Positions 11,170-21,199 of a stretch of DNA of 64,000 bases are shown here, in pieces (the first letter of the stretch is position 1; every line of letters starts with the position of its first letter). Origin of the DNA: Anthoceros angustus (Eukaryota; Plantae; Anthocerotophyta); contig MU008164.1 in NCBI GenBank assembly GCA_010909165.1, positions 2,046,001 to 2,110,000 of the forward strand. Reading direction: 5' to 3'. The translations under genes were made by a program, and so were the position numbers. A model generated the notes under the pieces. That model was not told the DNA's origin, did not search any database, and saw only the letters and a program-made list of their open reading frames with translations.

Positions 11170-11600
11170 ACATTTTTTTAGGGTTGTGGATAGAAAGAAA
11201 TAGTCCCGCCGCATACGGCGGAACTATTTCGGCATGTCATGCATGACCACATCGGTTGGGGCTGCAGCCCCTCGGTGTCCCGATGTGGTCAACCTACCCC
11301 ATGACACACAAAATGATTCCACGACACACATAAACTTTTCTTCTTTTGGGGTTAGGGTTGCGTTGAGGTCATTTGCGTTGCCGCAATGGCGCGGCAACGT
11401 AATATGTCATGTCCGTGATCGCGGCATCCACAATTTTTTGTTAGGGTTGTCAGCGGTTGCGTTAGCGCTGCGCTTACCGTATGCAATTGCGCTTATGCGT
11501 TGCCATCTGTTTGCGCGTCGAGTGCGTTTGGCCTTACGTCCAAGGTCGCAAGTGTTTAGCACTCCGCATCTGTGGCTGCAACGCTTCCTAGGCTGCCGCC
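11170..11600 (+). repeat. Dispersed repeat, homologous in inverted orientation to ~41170-41525 and ~42180-42535
   Basis: Shared blocks TTAGGGTTGTGGA.AGAAAGAAATAGTCCC, GGAACTATTTCGG, GTCAACCTACCCCATGA, TTAGGGTTGCGTT and GGTCATTTGCGTTGCC. Confidence 0.75.
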
Positions 11601-13786
11601 ACGGAGTGCGCCATAGCACCAACTTTTAAAACAAGCTTGCACCAGAAGGACCAACAGAGAAGGGCTTCCATAAAAACAGTCTTACACATACAATGCTTGC
11701 ACCCAAAAAAGCCTACAGTGCACAAGCGTACAGTTCAAAGGGCCTACTGGACTACATAGCCTGTCCATGCCATCAGATGCCGCTGCCGAATCTGTCTCGA
11801 TTGTGAGCATGCATATTCTACTGATGGTCGCGCCAGACAGATGCGAAAGTGAGACCGAGGCGAAAGCGAGACCGCGATATCAAGGCCTTGAGCAAATGGG
11901 AACTGTGCACACGGGCCATACTTGCGAACTAAAATTTGTGTATGTATGTCTTGCCCGCATGTTTAACATGTATGTGTGTTGATGGGACCGAAACCCTAAA
12001 GAAAACATCTGCATGACACAATCGGAACACGAGGCCTATGAACGTGTGATAGAAAGTTTTTTGCCTCGAACGTACAGAAGCTGATGTGGTACGTATTATA
12101 CGTGTATTATATGTAAGTATCTAAAAGATGTCGTGGCATATTCCCGTAGCGTACACCGAAAAAAAAGAAAGTCAGCCACACGCTCCCATGTGACCAGATC
12201 GGTATTCCATATGATACCATTGATGCTTACGAAGAATAATGGATTGAATACCCTGTCGAGATTGGATCTTTTGCATAGGCTCTTTGTAGCCCACAACCCC
12301 AGGATATCTTCTCAAAAAATATGTGGGATGTAGTTTGTTCTCGAGTAGAATTTGCAAATGGGGTAACCTTGTGACGGACCCAACATCCTAATGTATCGGG
12401 TAGCACTTCCATCACGTTTGCTTGGCTTACGGCCTGCTGGACACACATAGAGTCACCAAGAATCTTGTCACGGGGATCATGTCACTTCTTGAGAAGCGAG
12501 AAATCGTTGTGCCAGATGCCCATCGAGTACACCGCTTCCTGCGTGGGTGACTAGACATTGAGTTTCCCCCATCGCCAAATGTACACATACAACATCAGCC
12601 AAGCATCCACCATCGTCCGGCCTTTGCTCATCTCCGGGATTCTTTACTCACACAAATCCAGTATCCCCCACTTCATTCTCCTGGCCCAGTGGCACGCTTC
12701 CCTCCCGAAACACGACCAATCGTGGCTGCCACTGTTGGCCAGCTTCGAGCAGGGCCACAGGGTTGCGAAAGATCTGCAATTGGCGAGACATGACATACGC
12801 GGCCGCTCGGACCAGAAGCCAGAACCCGACCGACGTCACGCCGAAGCGGAATTGCGCCAGGCTCGGATCTGGAGCTCCTGACCACATGCGCAGTGGAGAG
12901 CGCGGCCACGTGCTTCCCGCCTACCCCGAATCTCCGCCGCAGGCTCGCCGCCCCCGGCGAATGTACTTTTCAGGGCGCAACTTTCCGAGGCCGGCGATTC
13001 GTGCGTTTCACGGCTCCAATCCCCGGCATCGATCTCATGTGCTCGCAGGGTCCGGTCCTGCCGTCCTGCAGTCCTGCCGTCCTGCCGTCCTGCCTCTGCT
13101 GATCGCTTCTTCATTGGCTGCCTCGGTCGCTTGTGTGGGCGGTGGAAGTCGGTCCCGGGGCTCCCATGTGCGCCTGTCGTCCTATGTCCTCCTCCCGCTC
13201 TTCCAACCTGGCTGCGGACGCTGCCTTCTCCCCATTTGCTGGCTGCCGCTGCCGTGGCGGATCGCCCAAGATCGGGGCAACTCGGTGGAGCGGGCGCTTT
13301 GCGGGCCAGGGATTGGCTGCTTCGAGAGAGGGGAGAAGATTTGGCTGCCGGCAGGCTTCTTGAGGGGCAGTCTGCGCTGAAGTTCCGTGCGTGCGTGCGT
13401 GAGTGTTTGCTGGGCGGTGGGTTGCTGGAGACTCGGCTGCCTGTGAGTCTGCCTCTGTCCTGCAGCTCATGTGCCGCAGGCCTCCGGGGAGGTTTCAAGG
13501 ATGTGGGCTTTGGAACTGGCGTTGTGGGCACAAGAAGATGCATGTGGGAGGAAGGTGGCGGGCAGTTTCGCTTCTGCGTGCGGGAGAGGGAGGGCATGGG
13601 TTGATGGAGAATTGCGGTGTTCTGAACGCTGGGTAGCTGTTTAAGCTGTGGTGGAGCGTGTCGGTTTGAGCCTTGAGGTGGTGGGCATGGGAGGCGGGCG
13701 TGTTTGGTGAAGCAGGGGAGGGTAGAGGGACGTTGCTGTTTCATCATCTGCCGTCTGTGTATGTAGCCGGGTGCGGCTCCGCTTGG

Positions 13787-15226
13787 ATGGCTGTCCCTTG
13801 TGACATCAGGATCTCGGCTCTGTCGCTGGAATCTATGCTCAACATTGCCATGCAGGACTGTCTGAGGGCTTCGGACCATGGGAATTTGTTTGACATCAGG
13901 CTGCCGGATCTGCTGGACCAGATCCCGTCCTTTTTCTTCTCCAAGATCTCGGAGGATATTCTGGTGAACATCTTTTCCAGGTTAGAGGATGATCCCAGGC
14001 ACCTGGCGCGGCTTGCATGCGTGTGTGTTCGGTTTGCTAGAGTGATCAAGCATACCGTGTGGAGAAGGCAGTGTCTGCGGGTGGTTCCTGCTATAGTGTC
14101 GGATCTTATGCAAGGGTCTTACCGGATGGATCATCATGCTCCAGAACCTCCTGGAGGTTGGGGTGCTCTCCAGAAGCTGCTGGTGTGTTGTCCTGGGCTT
14201 CGGCACGCAGGTGTTATGCTCGAGTGTTGGGACTTCGGTCTTGACAGAGAGTTGGGATTGAGCGAGGAGTTTCGGACTGGGAAGAGGAAGTCTGGGGAGC
14301 TGGACGACGAGCCGTTTCAAGGAAAGAAGAGGAGTACTGGCAATAAGGTTACCTTTGGCGTTGAGCAGGATATTTCGGAAGCGGCTGCTGAAATTGCCAA
14401 GGAGAGGGCTAGCAGACAGGCAAAGGTGCTGCTCGCATCGGGCCCTTCAAGTACAAACATGACCAATGTCCAGAAGAAGGGTGAGAAGAATTGTGGCGAT
14501 GACGGACTTCTCCACGCAGATCGACCTCTTTCACGTGGAGTTGATGTAGCACCGAGCAAGGGGACTGCGGCTCACCCACCCTCTGGCTGGCAGACAGGAA
14601 CTGATGCTGCGAATGGGTCTCATCCAGATGAGAAGCCGGACGATTTGCCTCATGGTGTTCTGGGCTGCGAAGATGACACCGGTGCCGATGGAGCTCGTCA
14701 GGTGGACCCAGATGCCAGGCCAAGCTCCTCGTTCACATCTCAGGACACCAGGATCGACAGAGTGAAGAGAAAGAAGAGGGTAGATGACCGCCATAAAGAT
14801 GGGCTGACACATGGTGCCTGTTGCTCTCATGAAGAGCCACATTTGGCGTGCGGTATGTGGAACTTGACAAGAGAGCAGGGTAACAAGCTACTGGCAAGCC
14901 GATTCCGAGCTGATATTCTGTACATCTGTGACTGGCCTGGGTGCATGCATCCCGGGAAGCGGAGGAAGTACAAGCTTTTTCGCGGTGTGTTCAAGAACTT
15001 CAAAGCCTCGCAGATCTGGCGAAACCTCAAAGACTTGAAACCGAGAAAGGCGGGAATGTGCTGTGCTTTCTGCTCATCTCCTCGGACGTGGGACATGGTA
15101 TCAACATTTTGCTTAAGGAGGTCACATGAGTACCACGATGACGGGGAGCCAGTTGTCCGTGCTTTTGTCTGTGAGAATGGGCACGTTGCTGGTGCTTGGA
15201 CGGATCGCCCTCTCTACAATCTGTAG
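13787..15226 (+). CDS. EID1: EID1/EDL-like F-box protein (phytochrome A signalling family), single exon
   Basis: F-box (ISEDILVNIFSRLE..LARLACVCVRF), GGWGALQKLLVCCPG, and the family C-terminus LYICDWPGCMH..LFRGVFKNF..CAFC..FCLRR..HDDGEPVVRAFVCENGHVAGAW. The start ATG is uncertain. Confidence 0.9.
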   Translation: MAVPCDIRISALSLESMLNIAMQDCLRASDHGNLFDIRLPDLLDQIPSFFFSKISEDILVNIFSRLEDDPRHLARLACVCVRFARVIKHTVWRRQCLRVVPAIVSDLMQGSYRMDHHAPEPPGGWGALQKLLVCCPGLRHAGVMLECWDFGLDRELGLSEEFRTGKRKSGELDDEPFQGKKRSTGNKVTFGVEQDISEAAAEIAKERASRQAKVLLASGPSSTNMTNVQKKGEKNCGDDGLLHADRPLSRGVDVAPSKGTAAHPPSGWQTGTDAANGSHPDEKPDDLPHGVLGCEDDTGADGARQVDPDARPSSSFTSQDTRIDRVKRKKRVDDRHKDGLTHGACCSHEEPHLACGMWNLTREQGNKLLASRFRADILYICDWPGCMHPGKRRKYKLFRGVFKNFKASQIWRNLKDLKPRKAGMCCAFCSSPRTWDMVSTFCLRRSHEYHDDGEPVVRAFVCENGHVAGAWTDRPLYNL

Positions 15227-15807
15227 GTGAGCATTTTGCTCCTGGCCTGGTGTGAATCCTCTCGGATTATGCTGGTTAATTCCTGGACATACTTCTTGAT
15301 GGTCGATCCCCACTGGCCTCCTTTTTTGTCAGTGTCCTTACCGCCCTGTTTCTTGAAACTTTGTTCTTGCAGGTGGAGGAGCACATGACTTTTGCAGCTC
15401 GAAGAGAAGCTTCCAATGTGATGGAGCATGTTGGAGTCTGATGGTGGACAGTTGTAGCATAGCCTTACATGGCTGTCGTCGCTTCAGTCATGTGTCTCCA
15501 TACATACACAACTATACAACGCCCATGGATTGCTTCCATATCATGTGGATACCACTTAGATAGGGCAAGCGCATATCCGGAACGAGAATCTCGGAATACA
15601 GCCAAATGCTTCCCAGCGTTGCCATGCCATTGTCTGAAAGTTTTCAAAGTCACCGTAAAGACCTTAGAAACCGAAGAGTGCAGTAGGCTAGAGTGTTGTA
15701 ATCTCGTGAAGCGCGCAAAGAAGCCCCAGTTGTTAACCCCAGAAAGCTCACTCAAGAGACTTCACTGACAAGCAATCAACGAGCAATTGGAGCGTTGCAC
15801 TTGATTC

Positions 15808-16136
15808 ATGCAGAGAGCCCGTAGACCAGTTGCGGGGACAGGTTTCCTGGACCCAGGAAATGGGTGGGCAAACAGATATGGCGCGAGGTGCAGCAGCTTC
15901 AGGAGAAGCCAAGCCGGTGCAAGCGGATGTCTGGTCGGAGACGGATCTTGGACCCAGACTCGTCGCCAGGAGCTCTTGTGGCGGCAGTTTTTTCAGGAGC
16001 CCACACTTTGGTGGGACGACAGGCAGGCGCAGAAGAGGAGGAGTGTGCCCGACATCCGGAATGACGAGTCTCAGGAGGTTCTCTGGCTGAACAGCTTGTA
16101 GGAGCCAGCTTGGGTGGATGAGCGGCTGCGCTGGAT
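15808..16136 (+). CDS. N-terminal segment with an OSB-type PDF ssDNA-binding motif, probable 5' part of the downstream PPR gene
   Basis: LWRQFFQEPTLWWDDRQAQKRRSVPDIRNDESQEVLWLNSL*EPAWVDERL matches the OSB PDF pattern W..FF..P..WWD.R..K....PDF......LWL....P.WV...L. It has an internal TAG at 16099 and is 1 nt out of frame with the ATG at 16137. Confidence 0.65.
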
Positions 16137-18338
16137 ATGGAGATGGGCGGGGCAGCTGCCTCCTTGTCCGGATGCGGGCCTGGAGGAAGGGGCGTGAGGG
16201 GTGAAACCGTGAGTGGGCTTTGTCGTCAAGGCCACCTCTCTGAGGCTGTTGAGGCGTTGGGAGTTCTGGTGGAGACAAGGTGCGGTGTTTCCAGACCCCT
16301 GCTGTATGCTGTCCTGAAGGAATGTGTGGGGAGGAGGGATCTGGTGCTGGGTCGCCGCGTCCATGCTTTGGTGGTGAAAGACGGGTACGAGTTTGACACG
16401 TTCCTGTGCAACCACATCATGCGGATGTACGCCTGGCATGGCAGGTTGCAGGATGCGATGGAGGTGTTCACCATGGTTGCCCGCCCAGATGCCTTCATGT
16501 GGTCTTCCATCATTTCTGCGCATGTTGAGCAGGGACGAGACGAGGAGGCACTGGAGTTGTATCGTGGGATGCGCAGGTCAAGTGTGGAGCCTGATGGGCA
16601 TGTGTTTGTGGCAGCCCTTCAGGCTTGTGCTAGGGGTGGGGACTTGAAAGCTGGGCAGGAGCTGCATGCTGATGTGTTGGCTGCTGGCGTGGAGCCTGAT
16701 GTATTCGTTTGTAGCTGCTTGGTGGATATGTATGCCAAGTGTGGCAGCTTAGAGGAGGCTCGAAGAGTGTTTGAGGGCCTTGAGCAGAAGAATGTGGTCA
16801 CGTGGACTGCTCTGATTGCAGGATATTCCCAGCAGGGCATGGGGGTGGAAGCCCTGGGTCTGTACTGGGCTATGCAAGCAGAGGGCATTGCGGTGCCCAA
16901 TTCTGTGACGTTCTTGTGCCTCCTGCAGGCGTGTGCGAGTGTGGGCACCCCTGCTTTGGAGATGGGGAAGCAGCTTCATGCACAGATTAGAGAACAGGGA
17001 CATGAAGATGATGCGTTTGTGGCCAACAGTTTGGTGAACATGTATGCAAAGTGTGGCAGCTTTGAGGGTGCTCGGGGAGTCTTTGACGGTCTTGGTAGAA
17101 AAGACGTGGTGACGTGGAATGCCATGATAGCAGGATATTCCCAGCAGGGAATGGGGCAGGAAGCTCTTCGTTTGTACAACGCCATGCTAGAAGAGGGCGT
17201 GGTTGCACCGGATGCCGTGACATACGTGTGCCTTCTGCAGGCATGTGCAGGTATGGGCACTCTAGCTCTGGAGAAGGGGAAGGAGCTTCATGTGCAGATT
17301 AGAGAAAGAGGACATCAAGACGATGTGCTCGTGGCTAACAGTTTGGTGAATATGTATGCCAAGTGTGGCGGCTTGGAAGATGCCCAGAAAGTGTTTGACG
17401 GACTTGGTGAAAAAGTTGTGGGCACGTGGAATGCCATAATCGCAGGATATTTGCACCAGGGCATGGGGCAGGATGCCCTTAGTCTCTACAGAGCTATGCA
17501 AGAGGAAGGCATGGCTGTACCTGATTCCGTGACGTTCGTGTGCCTCCTGCAGGCATGTGCAGATTTGGCAGCGTTGCATCTGGGAAGGCAGCTACATGCC
17601 GAGATCGAAGAACAAGGGTTGCAAGCTGATGTGGTTGTAGCCTCCAGTTTGATAAACATGTATGGAAAGTGCGGGAGCATGGCGGATGCACACCAGGTGT
17701 TTGAGACATTACCCAAAAGAGACTTTGTCGCCTGGAGTGCACTGATTGCAGGCTACACCTCTCAAGGTGACAGTGAAGCAGTCTTCGACTTGGTCCAGAG
17801 AATGAGAGAGAATGGCATACAGCCCGTCAGTGTAACATTCCTGAGTGTATTAGCAGTGTGTAGTCACGCGAGTCTAGTGGAAAAGGGGAGAGAGTTCTTC
17901 GAGGCCATGCACAGAGACTACGGCATTGCTCCCACTGTGGACCACTACACATGCATGGTGGATCTCCTGGGCCGAGCAGGGCGCCTGGATGAGGCACTAG
18001 TTTTAGTGAGGACTATGCCTGTACTGCCTAATGCTGCAATTTGGCACACGCTGTTGAGTGCTTGTCGAAAGTGGAGCAATGTGGAGGTGGGGCGCCTTGC
18101 TTTTGACCAAGCAGTGAGTCTAGACAAGACTGATCCAGCACCATATGTGTTGATGTCGAACATATACACCACTGCTCAGATGTGGGAGCAGGCACAGAAG
18201 ATGCAGGATTGGAGAAAAACAAGCAGGGCATGGAAGGAGCCGGCTCAGAGTTGGTGGACAGATATGGACGGATTGGTGCACAGTTTTCGAGTTGGGGACG
18301 AGAATTTCTCATGCTTCTCTTGGGATGCTTCCGACTGA
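16137..18338 (+). CDS. PLS-class PPR protein with E domains and a WW-type box; no complete DYW domain
   Basis: Tandem PLS repeats, then AIWHTLLSAC..PYVLMSNIY..WKEPAQSWWTDMDGLVHSFRVGDE. An E+-like continuation (KHPNSQLRLKDIFCKLKQEAFVSHLD) lies in another frame and ends at about 18441. Confidence 0.9.
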   Translation: MEMGGAAASLSGCGPGGRGVRGETVSGLCRQGHLSEAVEALGVLVETRCGVSRPLLYAVLKECVGRRDLVLGRRVHALVVKDGYEFDTFLCNHIMRMYAWHGRLQDAMEVFTMVARPDAFMWSSIISAHVEQGRDEEALELYRGMRRSSVEPDGHVFVAALQACARGGDLKAGQELHADVLAAGVEPDVFVCSCLVDMYAKCGSLEEARRVFEGLEQKNVVTWTALIAGYSQQGMGVEALGLYWAMQAEGIAVPNSVTFLCLLQACASVGTPALEMGKQLHAQIREQGHEDDAFVANSLVNMYAKCGSFEGARGVFDGLGRKDVVTWNAMIAGYSQQGMGQEALRLYNAMLEEGVVAPDAVTYVCLLQACAGMGTLALEKGKELHVQIRERGHQDDVLVANSLVNMYAKCGGLEDAQKVFDGLGEKVVGTWNAIIAGYLHQGMGQDALSLYRAMQEEGMAVPDSVTFVCLLQACADLAALHLGRQLHAEIEEQGLQADVVVASSLINMYGKCGSMADAHQVFETLPKRDFVAWSALIAGYTSQGDSEAVFDLVQRMRENGIQPVSVTFLSVLAVCSHASLVEKGREFFEAMHRDYGIAPTVDHYTCMVDLLGRAGRLDEALVLVRTMPVLPNAAIWHTLLSACRKWSNVEVGRLAFDQAVSLDKTDPAPYVLMSNIYTTAQMWEQAQKMQDWRKTSRAWKEPAQSWWTDMDGLVHSFRVGDENFSCFSWDASD

Positions 18339-18460
18339 GAAGCACCCCAATAGTCAACTGAGGCTGAAAGATATCTTTTGCAAACTGAAGCAAGAAGCAT
18401 TTGTGTCACATCTGGACCCGTCAGCGGCGGACTTCATGTGATAGAAGGTATGTAGTTATT

Positions 18461-19494
18461 TCATTCTGAATCAATGTAATCATAAGCTGTACATAGCGTT
18501 GCGACCGAGGTATCTGCCAAATTCGTGGCAGTGACTGGCTCACTTGCTGCAGAGCCTTCCGTAACATTCCCTTCCCAAACTTGCCCCACTATTGCATTTG
18601 AAGCCAACTTTGGTTTGACGTTGAATGCTACAGCAACAGCCTTTGGCCTTAGGGCAAATCCAGGAACTTGCGTCTGACTGCTCCTACGTCGCTCGCCTTT
18701 CAAGTTCTCATATGCAAGTGTTCTACTAATGAATTCTTGGCTCCCGTTGAACTGCTCAAAAGTTTGCGCTTCTTGCCCAATGCAGTTAAACTAATTTGCG
18801 CTTCTTGTCCGCTAACATTATTCCTGCAGCTTCTTCGTTGCCCTCATTATCTTCATCATCATTCAGCTGCCGCACGTACTTGGCAGAACTCTGGAACACA
18901 AGGCTGCGAACAAAAGCTTCATTTTCCTCTGCTGCCGTCCCTCTGCTCCTGTGTCTGCTTCAGAGCCTTCTACATTTGCTCGGTACGAATAGCGGCATGA
19001 CATGCCCTCATGGACTTCAGGTCATCCAGGGCAGCAAGGATGTCCATTTCTTGCTTTGAGTCAACGGTGCGATTCTCCAGGGCTTTCACAGCATCACACA
19101 TCTCCTTTGCATCCCTTGTCCTTTTCGCATCGTCCATAGCCTCTTCAGCTGCCCGCTAAGGCTCAAAACTGCGAGTAGCACCCGCCTCTATCGCATAGTC
19201 CTGATTCTGGGGCTCTGTCTTGATAGGCACTTCCGCTGAGCACCAGCTGCATTTTTTATATAGAATAAAAAGGTTTGATCCCAAAATATGTCTCCCCTAG
19301 ACTATTCTTCGTGCGAGCATTGAACTTGGTGCCTTTGTACATACAGTTGCCAGAGGTGTTGCATCTGATAGTCATGAAAAGCATCGTCCGCACCTTAATC
19401 TGCTGGTTTGGTTCTCAGCCTGCCGCCCGCGTGGAATCTTGGCCGGATCGAAGCCCGGCGGAAAGTATTTGTTCAGCACCACGCATTCTGCCAT
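18461..19494 (-). pseudogene. YJU2: Intronless YJU2/CCDC94 splicing-factor pseudogene
   Basis: MAECVVLNKYFPPGFDPAKIPR, QQIKVRTML..IRCNT.GN.MYKGTKFNAR, KCSWCSAEVPIKTEPQNQDYAIEAGATRSFEP*, DAVKALENRTVDSKQEMDILAALDDLKSM; stops and frameshifts; no introns seen. Confidence 0.85.
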
Positions 19495-19719
19495 CTTAGT
19501 GGACTAAACGAACTTTCCTTTTCTTCTTAGTCCGCTAGCGGATCTCATAAAGGGGCCCTAGCATAACTTTAGAATAATATTATCCAGACTTATTTGGTAG
19601 TAAACTTATCTTAGAATAATATTATTCAATCTTTTCTTACTGCTGTTTAGTTACATAGTTAATCGCTTTTTGTCGCCTTTTTCTCTAGGTGCCCCAGACT
19701 CCTGTGAGTTCTTCCACCC

Positions 19720-20220
19720 ATGACAAAGTTGAATTCTTCCACCCGTGACAAAGTTGAGTTCTTCCACCCGTGACAAAATTGAGTTTTTCCCATGCGTGAC
19801 AAAGTTAACACGGGAGTCCATCCACCTGTACTAAAGTTGAAAAGCAACTGGCTCGAAAGTGACAACGTTGAGAGGCAGCTCACTCGAAAGGCGGTCCTTC
19901 TGCCTGTGACAAAGTTGTGAGGCAACTCGTTTGTAAGGCAACTCGTTTGTAAGGCAATCCTTCTCCTGTGACAAAGTTGTGAGGCAACTCATTCGTAAGG
20001 CAGTCCTTATGTAATAGGCATTAGTAAGGCTATCCTTCCGTAATAGGCATTCGTAAGGCAGTCCTTCTGCCTGTTACAAAGTTGAAATGCAACTTCCACA
20101 TGTGACAAAGTTGAAAGGTGGCTTGCTCCAAAGATAGTTCTTCTACATGTTACAAAGTTGAAAAAGGCAGTCCTTCGGCGTGTTACTAAGTTGAAAGGCA
20201 GCTCGCTCGAAAGACAAGTT
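19720..20220. repeat. Mosaic of short repeats (GTGACAAAGTTG, AAGGCAGTCCTTC)
   Basis: Roughly ten GTGACAAAGTT-like motifs interleaved with AAGGCA-containing motifs. Confidence 0.7.
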
Positions 20221-20585
20221 CGTTAAACACACCTAGATCTTATATAGGGTCACATAATATGAAGTTTACTTATTAGTGAAGCAGGTCTTATAAAGACAGC
20301 TCGTTAAACACACATAGATCTTATATAGGGTCACATGATATGAAGTTTACTTATTAGTAAAACAGGTCTTACAAAGACAGTTCGCTAAACACACCTACAT
20401 CTTATATAGGGTCACATAATATAAAGTTTATTTACTAGTAAAGCAAGTCTTATAAAGACAGCTAGCTAAACACACCTACTAGGTGTGTTTAGCTAGCTGT
20501 CTTTATAAGACTATATAAGATCTAGTAGATCTTATATAGGGTCACATAATATGAAGTTTACTTATTAGTAAAGTAGGTCTTATAT
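20220..20585. repeat. ~83-bp tandem repeat containing two perfect palindromes
   Basis: TTAAACACACCTAGATCTTATATAGGGTCACATAATATGAAGTTTACTTATTAGT recurs; inverted repeats at 20446-20512 and 20511-20539. Confidence 0.85.
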
Positions 20586-21199
20586 CAGGGCACCTAAAAT
20601 AACCATACTTGTTTTTCAAATTATCTTAGAATATTATTGTCCAAACTTCCAATATAGTTAGTTAAGAATCATTAAGTAAATAGTTTAGTAATGTTTAGGT
20701 CATTCCATTCTATGACTTTACTTATTAGTGAAGGAGGTCAGCTTTTTCTTAGGCGTTTTGAATGTTTTTGCTTTCTATGAGCAATCCCTCACATTCCATT
20801 GACATTATTAAGGACAATGGAGCTGCTCGCCTAACATTCTTCTAGGGCATTCTTGACGCCGATCCTCTAAAGTTGCCACCATTCTTGTCGCCTCAGGGCC
20901 TTGGGCCAAGATAGACCAAGTGTGAACAAAGTGCAAAGACAGACGTGGTGTGAACTCTTACTCAACGTCAAATCGTGACAAACAACAGTTAGATGCTATC
21001 ATATCAAATCTTGGTTAGGGGTCCCATAATCATATTACAATAATATTATATCTTGTTTTAGGTGAGTCTCATATCTACTCTGCAAGTCTTACATTCTCCA
21101 TGAGAATATTCCCGCGCTTTGATGCAAGTTTGGCCTTCCTTCATACTATTCTAGCATAATGTGAGCCTCGCTTTTGACCTAGAATATTGCATTCCTATT

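Noticed and set aside
12100-12560. Protein-like minus-strand fragments, possibly a transposase remnant
   Set aside because: No motif that I can assign to a family with confidence.
12836-13879. 347-aa minus-strand ORF and other long ORFs upstream of EID1
   Set aside because: GC-rich low-complexity frames antisense to the EID1 leader; no recognisable domain.
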